Shown: piece after piece, positions 8,859-16,315 of the stretch
Layout: each line of letters opens with the position of its first letter
How positions within the stretch are numbered: position 1 is the first letter of the stretch
Assembly: GCA_964631685.1 (NCBI GenBank)
Contig: CAZVZU010000003.1
Span: 118,506-182,505, forward strand
Length of the DNA: 64,000 nt
Direction: 5' to 3'
Source of the DNA: an uncultured Actinomycetes bacterium
GTDB lineage: Bacteria > SZUA-79 > Acidulodesulfobacterales > Acidulodesulfobacteraceae
Position numbers and translations under genes: made by a program
Notes under the pieces: model-generated
What the model was told of the DNA's origin: nothing
Seen by the model: the letters and a program-made list of their open reading frames with translations, nothing else
Database searches by the model: none

Positions 8859-9350
8859 GTGAGTAAAATTGTTGCGAAGAGTTTAGTGTTGGCATTGTGC
8901 ATCGGGTTATTTTCATTAATAGCGCTTTCACCGTCACGCGTTTTTGCCGCATGGCAAGGTAAAAATTTAAATACAGTGCCTTATTTTAAACATCATGCAC
9001 TTAAAATTATTTTTCAAGTTCCAAATAATCCTAAAATGTGGACATTAACAATACACAATGCGAAAAACGCCTTACATTTTTCAGAAAAGTATGGCTTTAA
9101 ACATAGTATTATATTGGCTGCGTATGGGCCTGCCATCAAAATGTTTATCAGAAAATATGATAAAAAAAATTACGCAATATTGCAAAGCTTAAGTGTCTAC
9201 GGTATAAAAATGGCTGTTTGTCACCAGACCATGTTACATATGCATATCACGAAGGATCAATTATTTAATTTTACAGATGTCATGTATCCCGGGGGAGTGT
9301 TTTATATTATTAAAAAAGAGCAACAGGGGTATGCTTACATCAAACCGTAA
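8859..9350 (+). CDS. Exported DsrE/DsrF-like protein, paralog of 7792..8274
   Basis: Start moved to GTG 8859 (AGGAGG at 8845-8850); signal ending VFA; GIKMAVCHQTM; QQGYAYIKP; shares KYDKKNY..(I/L)QSL..YG.K with the paralog. Confidence 0.8.
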   Translation: MSKIVAKSLVLALCIGLFSLIALSPSRVFAAWQGKNLNTVPYFKHHALKIIFQVPNNPKMWTLTIHNAKNALHFSEKYGFKHSIILAAYGPAIKMFIRKYDKKNYAILQSLSVYGIKMAVCHQTMLHMHITKDQLFNFTDVMYPGGVFYIIKKEQQGYAYIKP

Positions 9351-9377
9351 ATAGCAGCCACATGTAGCTGCTATTTA
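9348..9377 (+). terminator. Hairpin at the end of the sox operon, probable terminator
   Basis: Perfect 11-bp inverted repeat TAAATAGCAGC / GCTGCTATTTA overlapping the last stop codon. Confidence 0.7.
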
Positions 9378-9399
9378 TAGGCATAAATAATTTACTTGA

Positions 9400-9455
9400 T
9401 TAAGCGTCGAGCTGTCCATATAATGTATTTGCAATAGGGACGGTTTGACGCTTAA
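9400..9455 (+). repeat. Long stem-loop, 18 bp including three G-U pairs
   Basis: TTAAGCGTCGAGCTGTCC pairs with GGACGGTTTGACGCTTAA; all three non-Watson-Crick positions are G-U on the + strand. Confidence 0.7.
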
Positions 9456-9532
9456 ATGTTTGTTGCTCTCATATTTTTATGAAAAAACCGATTATATATC
9501 CTGATAATTTTTTGTTACAGGGATTTTATTAA

Positions 9533-9760
9533 ATGCCGAAGACTATAACGGTTATGGTTAAGCCTAATGCTAAGGTAGCCGCTTATGAAATATTAGACGA
9601 TGGAACATTAAAACTTTCAATAAGAGAAAGGCCTATTCAAAATATGGCCAATAAGGCAGTTATAAAAAAGATAGCTGAAATTTACGGCAAGCCCAAGGGC
9701 AAGATTAAGATTAAATCAGGTTTGAAATCCAAGAATAAAATTGTTACCATTGACGAATAA
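9533..9760 (+). CDS. DUF167 / YggU family protein
   Basis: VMVKPNAK, ANKAVIK and SGLKSKNK pattern; 75 aa. Confidence 0.85.
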   Translation: MPKTITVMVKPNAKVAAYEILDDGTLKLSIRERPIQNMANKAVIKKIAEIYGKPKGKIKIKSGLKSKNKIVTIDE

Positions 9761-9788
9761 TGTGATTATTTTTTAACAATAGTATAGT

Positions 9789-9817
9789 TTGACTTTTTAT
9801 AAATATAGCATTATAAT
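9789..9817 (+). promoter_or_regulatory. Sigma70-type promoter for the leader-cyc2 transcript
   Basis: TTGACT-17 bp-TATAAT. Confidence 0.7.
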
Positions 9818-9885
9818 TCTACAGAGAGTTCGCTGGTCTTATATAATTTTTTTTATGGTTATATCCATAGGTTATCATAATATTT

Positions 9886-10272
9886 ATGAGTTATAAAAGA
9901 AGAAATATTTACAGTATTTTGTTTCTTATCATGTTGCCATATTTAATGGGTGTCCATGACCTTAGCTACGTTTATAATATACCTATGCAAATGAACCCTG
10001 TGTCAAGGAAGATTGTCAAGTATAGTGCCGTGGAGACGCAACAGGCGGGGTTTACAGCTATCCGTAATCACGGGTTTACATTACAGACAGATAATTTGAA
10101 GGTTGTTAATGTTGAGCATTATTTGACATGTATGGAGTGTGAAAATTTACTTTCCGCAGTCTTTGTAGTGCACGCGCAGTATAAATTTTTTATTGAGAAT
10201 ACACAGTTTTCCTCTCTCATAATAATAAACAATTTCACCGATAATGTTTTTCATCCCCCCAAGTTTGTATAA
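9886..10272 (+). CDS. Putative regulatory leader / ribosome-arrest peptide (CutF/CruR-like architecture)
   Basis: KRR plus hydrophobic signal-like N-terminus, CMEC at residues 82-85, C-terminal FHPPKFV; directly upstream of the cytochrome-porin. Confidence 0.6.
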   Translation: MSYKRRNIYSILFLIMLPYLMGVHDLSYVYNIPMQMNPVSRKIVKYSAVETQQAGFTAIRNHGFTLQTDNLKVVNVEHYLTCMECENLLSAVFVVHAQYKFFIENTQFSSLIIINNFTDNVFHPPKFV

Positions 10273-10329
10273 TTTTCCACATTTTTATTAGTATTTCAGT
10301 GCTAAATTACACATAATTGGAAGGAGATG
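10252..10329 (+). promoter_or_regulatory. SD-sequestering mRNA stem-loop
   Basis: CATCCCCCCAA (His-Pro-Pro-Lys codons) pairs with TTGGAAGGAGATG, which contains the SD. TGTATAATTT pairs with AAATTACACA with one mismatch. Confidence 0.65.
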
Positions 10330-10331
10330 TT

Positions 10332-11768
10332 ATGACAAAAAAATTATTAATTATTGCTGTATTTTGCAGTTTTTTTATAGCTTCTTTTATTGCTATATTA
10401 CCTAAAAGTTCTTACGCTATACCGCCTTTTGCTCAGAAGTATCACTTTTCTTGTGCGGTATGTCACACTACATTCCCAAATCTAAATCCATTTGGTAGGG
10501 CCTTCTGGAGGAATGGTTTCAGGCTGCCAAACACAAATGGAACGCCTTCAGATGCTACGCAGATTACTGAAGGGCTCAGTATGCCAAATCCATGGCCTGT
10601 GCCTATTGCTGTTTCGACATGGATTAGTTACCAGCATTACAGTAACGAGAATGTAAGTCCTCAAACGGATGCGTTTTCAAATATGTCAATGGTAGATTTC
10701 GGCGGCGTATTTAAACTTTATTCACCGTTTGCTAATTCCTTGTCTTTTTTCTCTATGAATAATGTTGGAACCGGTACGCCTGCTATTACCAACGCTCAGT
10801 TATGGGCATCTATAAATGGAATAGGTTCCGGTTTCGGGATACCTTCGCATTTATTGAATTTAAAAATTGGAACGCCTAATACGGCTGCTCCTTATTTTGA
10901 TAAGCAATTTGCATTTTGGATTTATGCCCCTACCGTACAGGCTTTAAATGTCGGATATGATGGTGAGGGAGGCAATCTTATAAATAGCATGATGGCAGGC
11001 GGGTTTGAAGTTTACGGAACTCCGGGTCATAATTTGTGGTATAAGGTTACGGTAACAAATGACGGTGGTATGCCAAGCAGTCCTGCCATGAACGCATCTG
11101 CAGCCGGTACAGGGCAGAGTAATGCAATGGAGTATTCTTATCAGCTAAAGGAATATTATCCGACGTCTGCCGGGCAGTTAGAGTTCGGTTACTATGGCGC
11201 AATGATAGCGGAGCCGCTTGCCGTAAGTACTCCTGCGCAGGGTTCTTGGACTAATCTTGTCGTTGGCAATGGCGTAGATGTTGATCTTGCAAATAACATA
11301 TATGAAATTGGTGCTACATATTATGTCCAAAGCGACAGTAAGCCGTATGGTAATCCTTCCGTGACCGCGACTAGCTTTACAGACGTTGCCGGAAACGTAA
11401 TCGGTAATACACATTCTAGTAACGGTTACTCTACATTCGAGCTTTACGGGCGTTATATATTCCCGCAGTTTGGATATGGTTTAATGATAGCAGGGGAATA
11501 TGCTCAATATTCTTGGGCGCATAAGCAGTTGCAGGAGGCGTTCAATAATGGTGGACAAGTATCTGCTACTTGCGCAAGTGCCGGTTTGTACCAATCAGGG
11601 ACATATACAGAGGCCAACAGTGGCTGTGTTAATGAGGGTATAAAGAATGAATTTGATGTTCTTGCCGAGTACAGTCTTGCATACAATACGCATGTATATC
11701 TGGAGTATTTGTTTACTAATAAATCTCAGGATAATACGTTTGGTACAGGACTTGCGTTTGGATTTTAA
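10332..11768 (+). CDS. cyc2: Cyc2-type fused monoheme cytochrome c / outer-membrane beta-barrel
   Basis: Signal ending SYA, then IPPFAQKYHFSCAVCHTTFPNLNPFGRAFWRNGFR (Cyc2 N-terminal signature); beta-strand-rich body; ends GLAFGF. Start moved to ATG 10332 (AAGGAG at 10321). Confidence 0.85.
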   Translation: MTKKLLIIAVFCSFFIASFIAILPKSSYAIPPFAQKYHFSCAVCHTTFPNLNPFGRAFWRNGFRLPNTNGTPSDATQITEGLSMPNPWPVPIAVSTWISYQHYSNENVSPQTDAFSNMSMVDFGGVFKLYSPFANSLSFFSMNNVGTGTPAITNAQLWASINGIGSGFGIPSHLLNLKIGTPNTAAPYFDKQFAFWIYAPTVQALNVGYDGEGGNLINSMMAGGFEVYGTPGHNLWYKVTVTNDGGMPSSPAMNASAAGTGQSNAMEYSYQLKEYYPTSAGQLEFGYYGAMIAEPLAVSTPAQGSWTNLVVGNGVDVDLANNIYEIGATYYVQSDSKPYGNPSVTATSFTDVAGNVIGNTHSSNGYSTFELYGRYIFPQFGYGLMIAGEYAQYSWAHKQLQEAFNNGGQVSATCASAGLYQSGTYTEANSGCVNEGIKNEFDVLAEYSLAYNTHVYLEYLFTNKSQDNTFGTGLAFGF

Positions 11769-11799
11769 TTTAGTTCTGCGCAGTTAACGGTATTAATCT

Positions 11800-11843
11800 A
11801 AACAACGCTAAATCGGGGATGAGTTCTTGATTTAGCGTTGTTT
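11800..11843. terminator. Hairpin between convergent genes, probable bidirectional terminator
   Basis: Perfect 15-bp arms AAACAACGCTAAATC / GATTTAGCGTTGTTT. Confidence 0.85.
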
Positions 11844-11862
11844 GATATTAGGTGTTTTGTCG

Positions 11863-12255
11863 TTATATCTCTCTTATTGATTTTTCTATCATTTTCTTCA
11901 CGGTAGCGGCCTTTCCCGCCATTGCTTTTATATCAACCAGCCCTAAAAGGGTTTCGGGATTAACGGCGCTAACTACGACGTCTCCATCTTTATTTTCGTA
12001 AATACATACGTTGCAAGGAAGCAGAAGCCCTATATCGTCACTAGTACTCAGCGCCTCCATCGCTATTTTTGGATTACACATTCCTAAGATGGTATATTTC
12101 TTAAAATCTGCATCTATTTTTTCTTTTAGAATTTTTTTGACGTCCATTTCTGTTGCTGCTCCAAATCCGTTTGCCTTAAAAACTTCCCTAGTTCTTGTTA
12201 CAGTTTCGCTAAAACTCATCTTGACAACCTTTGAAATGCCTAAATTTGATGCCAT
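11863..12255 (-). CDS. Cytoplasmic DUF302 domain protein
   Basis: YTILGMCNP and IGLLLPCNVCIYE motifs; start moved to ATG 12255 (AGGAG 6 nt upstream). Confidence 0.9.
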   Translation of the reverse strand: MASNLGISKVVKMSFSETVTRTREVFKANGFGAATEMDVKKILKEKIDADFKKYTILGMCNPKIAMEALSTSDDIGLLLPCNVCIYENKDGDVVVSAVNPETLLGLVDIKAMAGKAATVKKMIEKSIREI

Positions 12256-12377
12256 AATCATCTCCTGTTAAAATTAGTTATAAAAATTTATGTATTATAT
12301 ATACATATTCATATTATTTTATATATAAAATAGATGCTTGTCAATACGGGCTATGCAAAAATATTCCTAAGTTACTT

Positions 12378-12432
12378 CTTAACATTAACTTAACGCAAAT
12401 GTAATAATTTTGTAATATTTGCCTGGTAAAAT
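12378..12432 (+). promoter_or_regulatory. PHO-box-like (OmpR/PhoB-type) direct repeat array plus extended -10
   Basis: CTTAACA (12378), CTTAACG (12389), TGTAATA (12400) and TGTAATA (12411) at an exact 11-bp period; TGgTAAAAT at 12424-12432. Confidence 0.65.
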
Positions 12433-12518
12433 GTAAGGAAGTTAATTATATAAAAGAATTAAGGACTGATTGCGCAGACAGAAATTAATTTAATTAAATC
12501 AAAAAACAGGAGGAAATT

Positions 12519-13997
12519 ATGGAAGGATTTGTTAGTTCCCGAAAGAGGGGTTTTGCAATTATTGCCCTATTAGCCGTCTCTATAGCGCTTATTTTTATGA
12601 GCGTTGCGCATAGGGCGGTTTACGCCGCCTCAATCAACGGGAGTGGTAGCAAGGTAAGCTTTTACGAAAACCCCGTAACAGGAGAGGTGTTTTTGAAACC
12701 TGGTAACGGAAGGGTCAGTGTGAACAAAGATGTTGCTAAAGAGTTGTTTGGCAACAAAAAAATCGTGCCAAGCGCAATTCCCGCATGGACAAAGCATGTA
12801 AAACTGGGAACAACGATTTGGATTGGTTATGGGTATTATAATAACGCCGGTTTTTCACAGGATTTGCAGCTTGAAGAAAATCGTCCGGCTACGAATAACA
12901 ACAATTATAATTCTTTTAATGTAAACAGGGGTTATATTAATTTTATTTATCATGAGAATAAAAAATGGTTTTTAAGAGTTACGCCGAATATTCATAGAGG
13001 GCAGGACGGTAGTGCGTATATACGGCTAAAGTATGCCTATCTACAGTTTAATAATATTTATGATGCAAACGGATTAACCATGAGCTTAAAAATTGGACAA
13101 ACTACAACGCCATTGATTGCATGGGAAGATCATCTTCTTGGTTACCATTTTGCGGAAAGAACGCCTTACGGCTTTCTAGGTGTTACCTCCACGCAGCCTG
13201 GCATTAGTCTTACAGGGCAATATAAGGCCGGCGGAAGGATTTACGCAGTATATAACACAGGTTTTTTTAACAGTGGCGGATGGCATAATAATGAGGAAGC
13301 CGATCAAAAATCTCCACAGGTTAGGGTCGATATTTATCCCTTCGGCGTAAATTCTAAACTTGACGGCATAGGTATAAGCGGTTATTATGCATGGGCTCAG
13401 CAGAATGCATTTTCTTCCGCAAATGCGAATCATCCTACGACAAGAACGGCGGCATTGCTTCATTATAAGACGCCCCGCTCCATGATTGTGTTACAGTATG
13501 ACTATGCGCTTAACCAATTAGGGTCTTTCGGTAATATTAATACATCTTCCGGAAGCTGGTGCGGGATAGGAGCAAATACTAGTACCCCAAATGCATATAG
13601 TTGCAACCTATCCGGTGCTTCACTTCCGTTTAATCCGAGCAAACTTGGCGCTTCGCCGCATAATACCGAACATGGATTTGATGTATTTGGGTATTATAAT
13701 GTTCCCAACAGTAAAATAGGATTCTTTGGTCTTGTGCAAAGGTATTATTACTCAACACCGCCGGTTGACGTCAGTAATTTCAAATATGGAAATCCATACG
13801 ATTTTCAGAGGGTAGTAGCGGGCATAGGATATCGCATTAACAAGCATATAACATTTGCAATAGATGAACAGAATTATCAATTTATTCATGCAAAGAATTA
13901 CAGGGATCTTCCGTCTACATCTGCCGGATACAGAAACTACGGCCAATGGATGGGTGATACGAATGCAATATTATTTCAGGCTAGGATTGCATTTTAG
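12519..13997 (+). CDS. Outer-membrane porin, possibly OprO/OprP-like anion/phosphate porin
   Basis: Signal ending VYA; N-terminal YENPVTGEVFLKPGNGRV; FNVNRGYINF and RLKYAYLQF strands; ends FQARIAF. Confidence 0.75.
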   Translation: MEGFVSSRKRGFAIIALLAVSIALIFMSVAHRAVYAASINGSGSKVSFYENPVTGEVFLKPGNGRVSVNKDVAKELFGNKKIVPSAIPAWTKHVKLGTTIWIGYGYYNNAGFSQDLQLEENRPATNNNNYNSFNVNRGYINFIYHENKKWFLRVTPNIHRGQDGSAYIRLKYAYLQFNNIYDANGLTMSLKIGQTTTPLIAWEDHLLGYHFAERTPYGFLGVTSTQPGISLTGQYKAGGRIYAVYNTGFFNSGGWHNNEEADQKSPQVRVDIYPFGVNSKLDGIGISGYYAWAQQNAFSSANANHPTTRTAALLHYKTPRSMIVLQYDYALNQLGSFGNINTSSGSWCGIGANTSTPNAYSCNLSGASLPFNPSKLGASPHNTEHGFDVFGYYNVPNSKIGFFGLVQRYYYSTPPVDVSNFKYGNPYDFQRVVAGIGYRINKHITFAIDEQNYQFIHAKNYRDLPSTSAGYRNYGQWMGDTNAILFQARIAF

Positions 13998-14056
13998 TCT
14001 AAACTTAGTTTTTCTCTCTTAAGTTAAATGTATATGAAATAAAAGCATGCTTCTCT

Positions 14057-14090
14057 TACCCCGTTTCTTAGGAAGCGGGGTATTTTATTC
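14057..14090 (+). terminator. Rho-independent terminator after the porin
   Basis: TACCCCGTTTC-TTAG-GAAGCGGGGTA followed by TTTTATT. Confidence 0.8.
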
Positions 14091-14179
14091 ATTATTGCTT
14101 TTAATAATAAAATCATAATATAATGGCGAAGAGGATTCTGTGTCGCGTGCAATGAACATTTATAAACGGAGGATTGTCT

Positions 14180-15058
14180 ATGCATATGCTCGTTTATTAT
14201 TTAATTGCTTTCTTATGGGCAGTATTTACCGGTTTTATATTTTCTTCCATAGGCGCTGCAGGTGGCATACTTGCCAGTTTTGGATTTATAACGGTTTTGC
14301 ATATTCATGTGGCGAACTCTGTAAAGATTATGAGTCAAATTTTGGTCATTATCGCACCTTTAATTGCACTGCCTGTCTATTTTAGGCAAAAAAGGGTCCA
14401 GAGTTTTAAAAAGATTTTATTCTATTTGGCTTTTATAATGGCTCTCGGCGCTATAATGGGGGCCACTTTCGGATCTTGGTTTTCTAAGACTTACTTATAC
14501 GAACTTAAGTCGTTCAAATATCTTTTTGGCTACCTTACATTCATAGTGGCAGCCTTAATGATCTACAAGGTTGTAAAACAAAGAATAAAAAAGTCGAAGC
14601 AAAGTAGTATTGCGGATACCGCAAATTCGGACATAGCGGTGTCCGTCGGCAAGTTTTCCTTTAAGAAGGTTAAGTTTGCCTTTATGTCTAAAGAATATTC
14701 GTTCAGTCCGTCTATTTCATTTATTGCAGGTTTTCTGATTGCGACCGTAGCATCTATTTTCGGCGTAGGTGGTGGCTTTTTAATCGTTCCATTTTTGACC
14801 GATGTAAACGGTCTTCCTGTTTTTTTGGCAGCAGGTACGAGTATATTAATAGTCTTAATTTCATCTACGGTCAGCGTATCCAATTACATCAGGATGGGGG
14901 TTCATATTGTAATCCCGGTTCTTTTAGTAGAGATCGTAGGTATTATAGTAGGTTCCGCATTGGGTCCTAAAATTTCTCAGTATATAAATGAAAAATGGCT
15001 AAAATATACTCTGATAACTATACTCTTTTTTATCGGATTGTTTTATGTGTTACTCTAA
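14180..15058 (+). CDS. Sulfite exporter TauE/SafE (DUF81) family membrane protein
   Basis: Repeated IGAAGGIL and FGVGGGFLIVP motifs, AAGTS, multiple TM helices; ATG 14180 follows GGAGG. Confidence 0.88.
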   Translation: MHMLVYYLIAFLWAVFTGFIFSSIGAAGGILASFGFITVLHIHVANSVKIMSQILVIIAPLIALPVYFRQKRVQSFKKILFYLAFIMALGAIMGATFGSWFSKTYLYELKSFKYLFGYLTFIVAALMIYKVVKQRIKKSKQSSIADTANSDIAVSVGKFSFKKVKFAFMSKEYSFSPSISFIAGFLIATVASIFGVGGGFLIVPFLTDVNGLPVFLAAGTSILIVLISSTVSVSNYIRMGVHIVIPVLLVEIVGIIVGSALGPKISQYINEKWLKYTLITILFFIGLFYVLL

Positions 15059-15081
15059 GGACGAAAACACAAAAAAAATGA

Positions 15082-15109
15082 TTGACAACGATATTATATA
15101 TGATACGAT
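15082..15109 (+). promoter_or_regulatory. Sigma70-type promoter of hicAB
   Basis: TTGACA-16 bp-TACGAT with TG extension. Confidence 0.5.
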
Positions 15110-15128
15110 TTAAATACAAGCGAGGTTA

Positions 15129-15404
15129 ATGGAGATCGGTAAACAAATTTGCAAGCTGTTGAAAGATATACTAAGTAACCCTAAGGATATAAGTTTTGAA
15201 AAGATAGATAGACTGTTTAAAGGATTTGGATATAGGGTTGGTCAACCAAGAAAAGGCGGTAGCCACTATATTTATCGAAAAAAAGGGGATATGCCGATAA
15301 CCGTTCCTTATAGAAAGCCCGTTAAGAAATATTATATAAAACACATTATAAAAATACTTGAGTTGGAAGGTTATTATGAGAAGAACTGTAAAAAGCGATA
15401 TTGA
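15129..15404 (+). CDS. hicA: HicA family toxin (mRNA interferase)
   Basis: GGSHYIYRK catalytic His motif, ITVP, PVKKYYIK. Confidence 0.88.
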   Translation: MEIGKQICKLLKDILSNPKDISFEKIDRLFKGFGYRVGQPRKGGSHYIYRKKGDMPITVPYRKPVKKYYIKHIIKILELEGYYEKNCKKRY

Positions 15405-15669
15405 TTATTATATGAACTTGCCTTACGCCATAGAGATTATTCCATATACCGGGGGGGGGTTCTTTGCTAAGATAAAAGAACTTAGGGGTTGCATGACAGA
15501 AGGAGATACCATTGAAGAAGCGCCCATGATGATAGAAGATGCTAAAATAACGTGGCTTAAAGCTGCGCTCGAAGACGGCATAGATATACCACTCCCGGAA
15601 CTTATAAAGAAAGAGGGGCACGCCGAAAGGATAGCCGATGACGCTGAGTCGTGTTGCGTAAATTCTTAA
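15376..15669 (+). CDS. hicB: HicB family antitoxin, C-terminal DNA-binding domain absent or degenerate
   Basis: YYMNLPY, ELRGCMTEGDTIEEA, W...ALEDGIDIPLP; overlaps the end of hicA. Confidence 0.85.
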   Translation: MRRTVKSDIDYYMNLPYAIEIIPYTGGGFFAKIKELRGCMTEGDTIEEAPMMIEDAKITWLKAALEDGIDIPLPELIKKEGHAERIADDAESCCVNS

Positions 15670-16047
15670 TATATGTCCGGGCACTTTGGTTCGTTAGCCA
15701 TGTATATAGGATAGAACCCAAGTACGCGGGGATATCACGCAATGGTTACTTTTTTTGTTAAAATAAGTATAAGAAGATTAATTAATGTTATTGCCATGCT
15801 CCGTGCAAGAGTAAAGTAAGACAGAAATGTTAAGAAATCACAATGACTTTTGATAAATTTTTGAAGAGAAGTATAATGCTCCTCAAAATAAGTAGTATAA
15901 CAAGACATGATGACAAGGTCTCATAGAGTTGCGTATATCATTTGACAAATATATATCATAGAAAAACTCATCAAACATACTTCCTTTATTTTTCCATTAA
16001 GTAGCATGGTTGATGTTTCTTAAATGGCGAAAGAACAAGTAAAAGAT

Positions 16048-16134
16048 TGGTGCCGAAGGGGGGAATCGAACCCCCATGGGATTACTCCCGCCGGATTTTG
16101 AGTCCGGTGCGTCTACCAATTCCGCCACCCCGGC
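16048..16134 (-). tRNA. tRNA-Leu(CAA)
   Basis: 87 nt; anticodon arm CCGGA-CTCAAAA-TCCGG, long variable arm, GGTTCGATTCC T-loop, encoded CCA. Confidence 0.97.
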
Positions 16135-16315
16135 ATGTATCAACGCATGTTGTTTATTAAAATAAACTTGATTATTAGAATGCGCTGTTATAAAATTCTA
16201 CAATATAATTTATTAAAACTCAATAGAAAATTAATGGCATGGGAATTATGCTCCGTATAAAGAAAGAAATCCATAAACAGACATATATAATTAATTTTAA
16301 TAAGGGTAAAAAAGA

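Noticed and set aside
15670..16047. Integrase remnant or att site beside tRNA-Leu(CAA)
   Set aside because: Partial hand translation gave only short ORFs without tyrosine-recombinase motifs, and I saw no copy of the tRNA 3' end to the left. A computational search could still find something.
16235..16252. Possible sigma54 promoter TGGCATGGGAATTATGCT before 16316
   Set aside because: The GG-to-GC spacing is 2 bp too long, and sigma54 spacing is strict.
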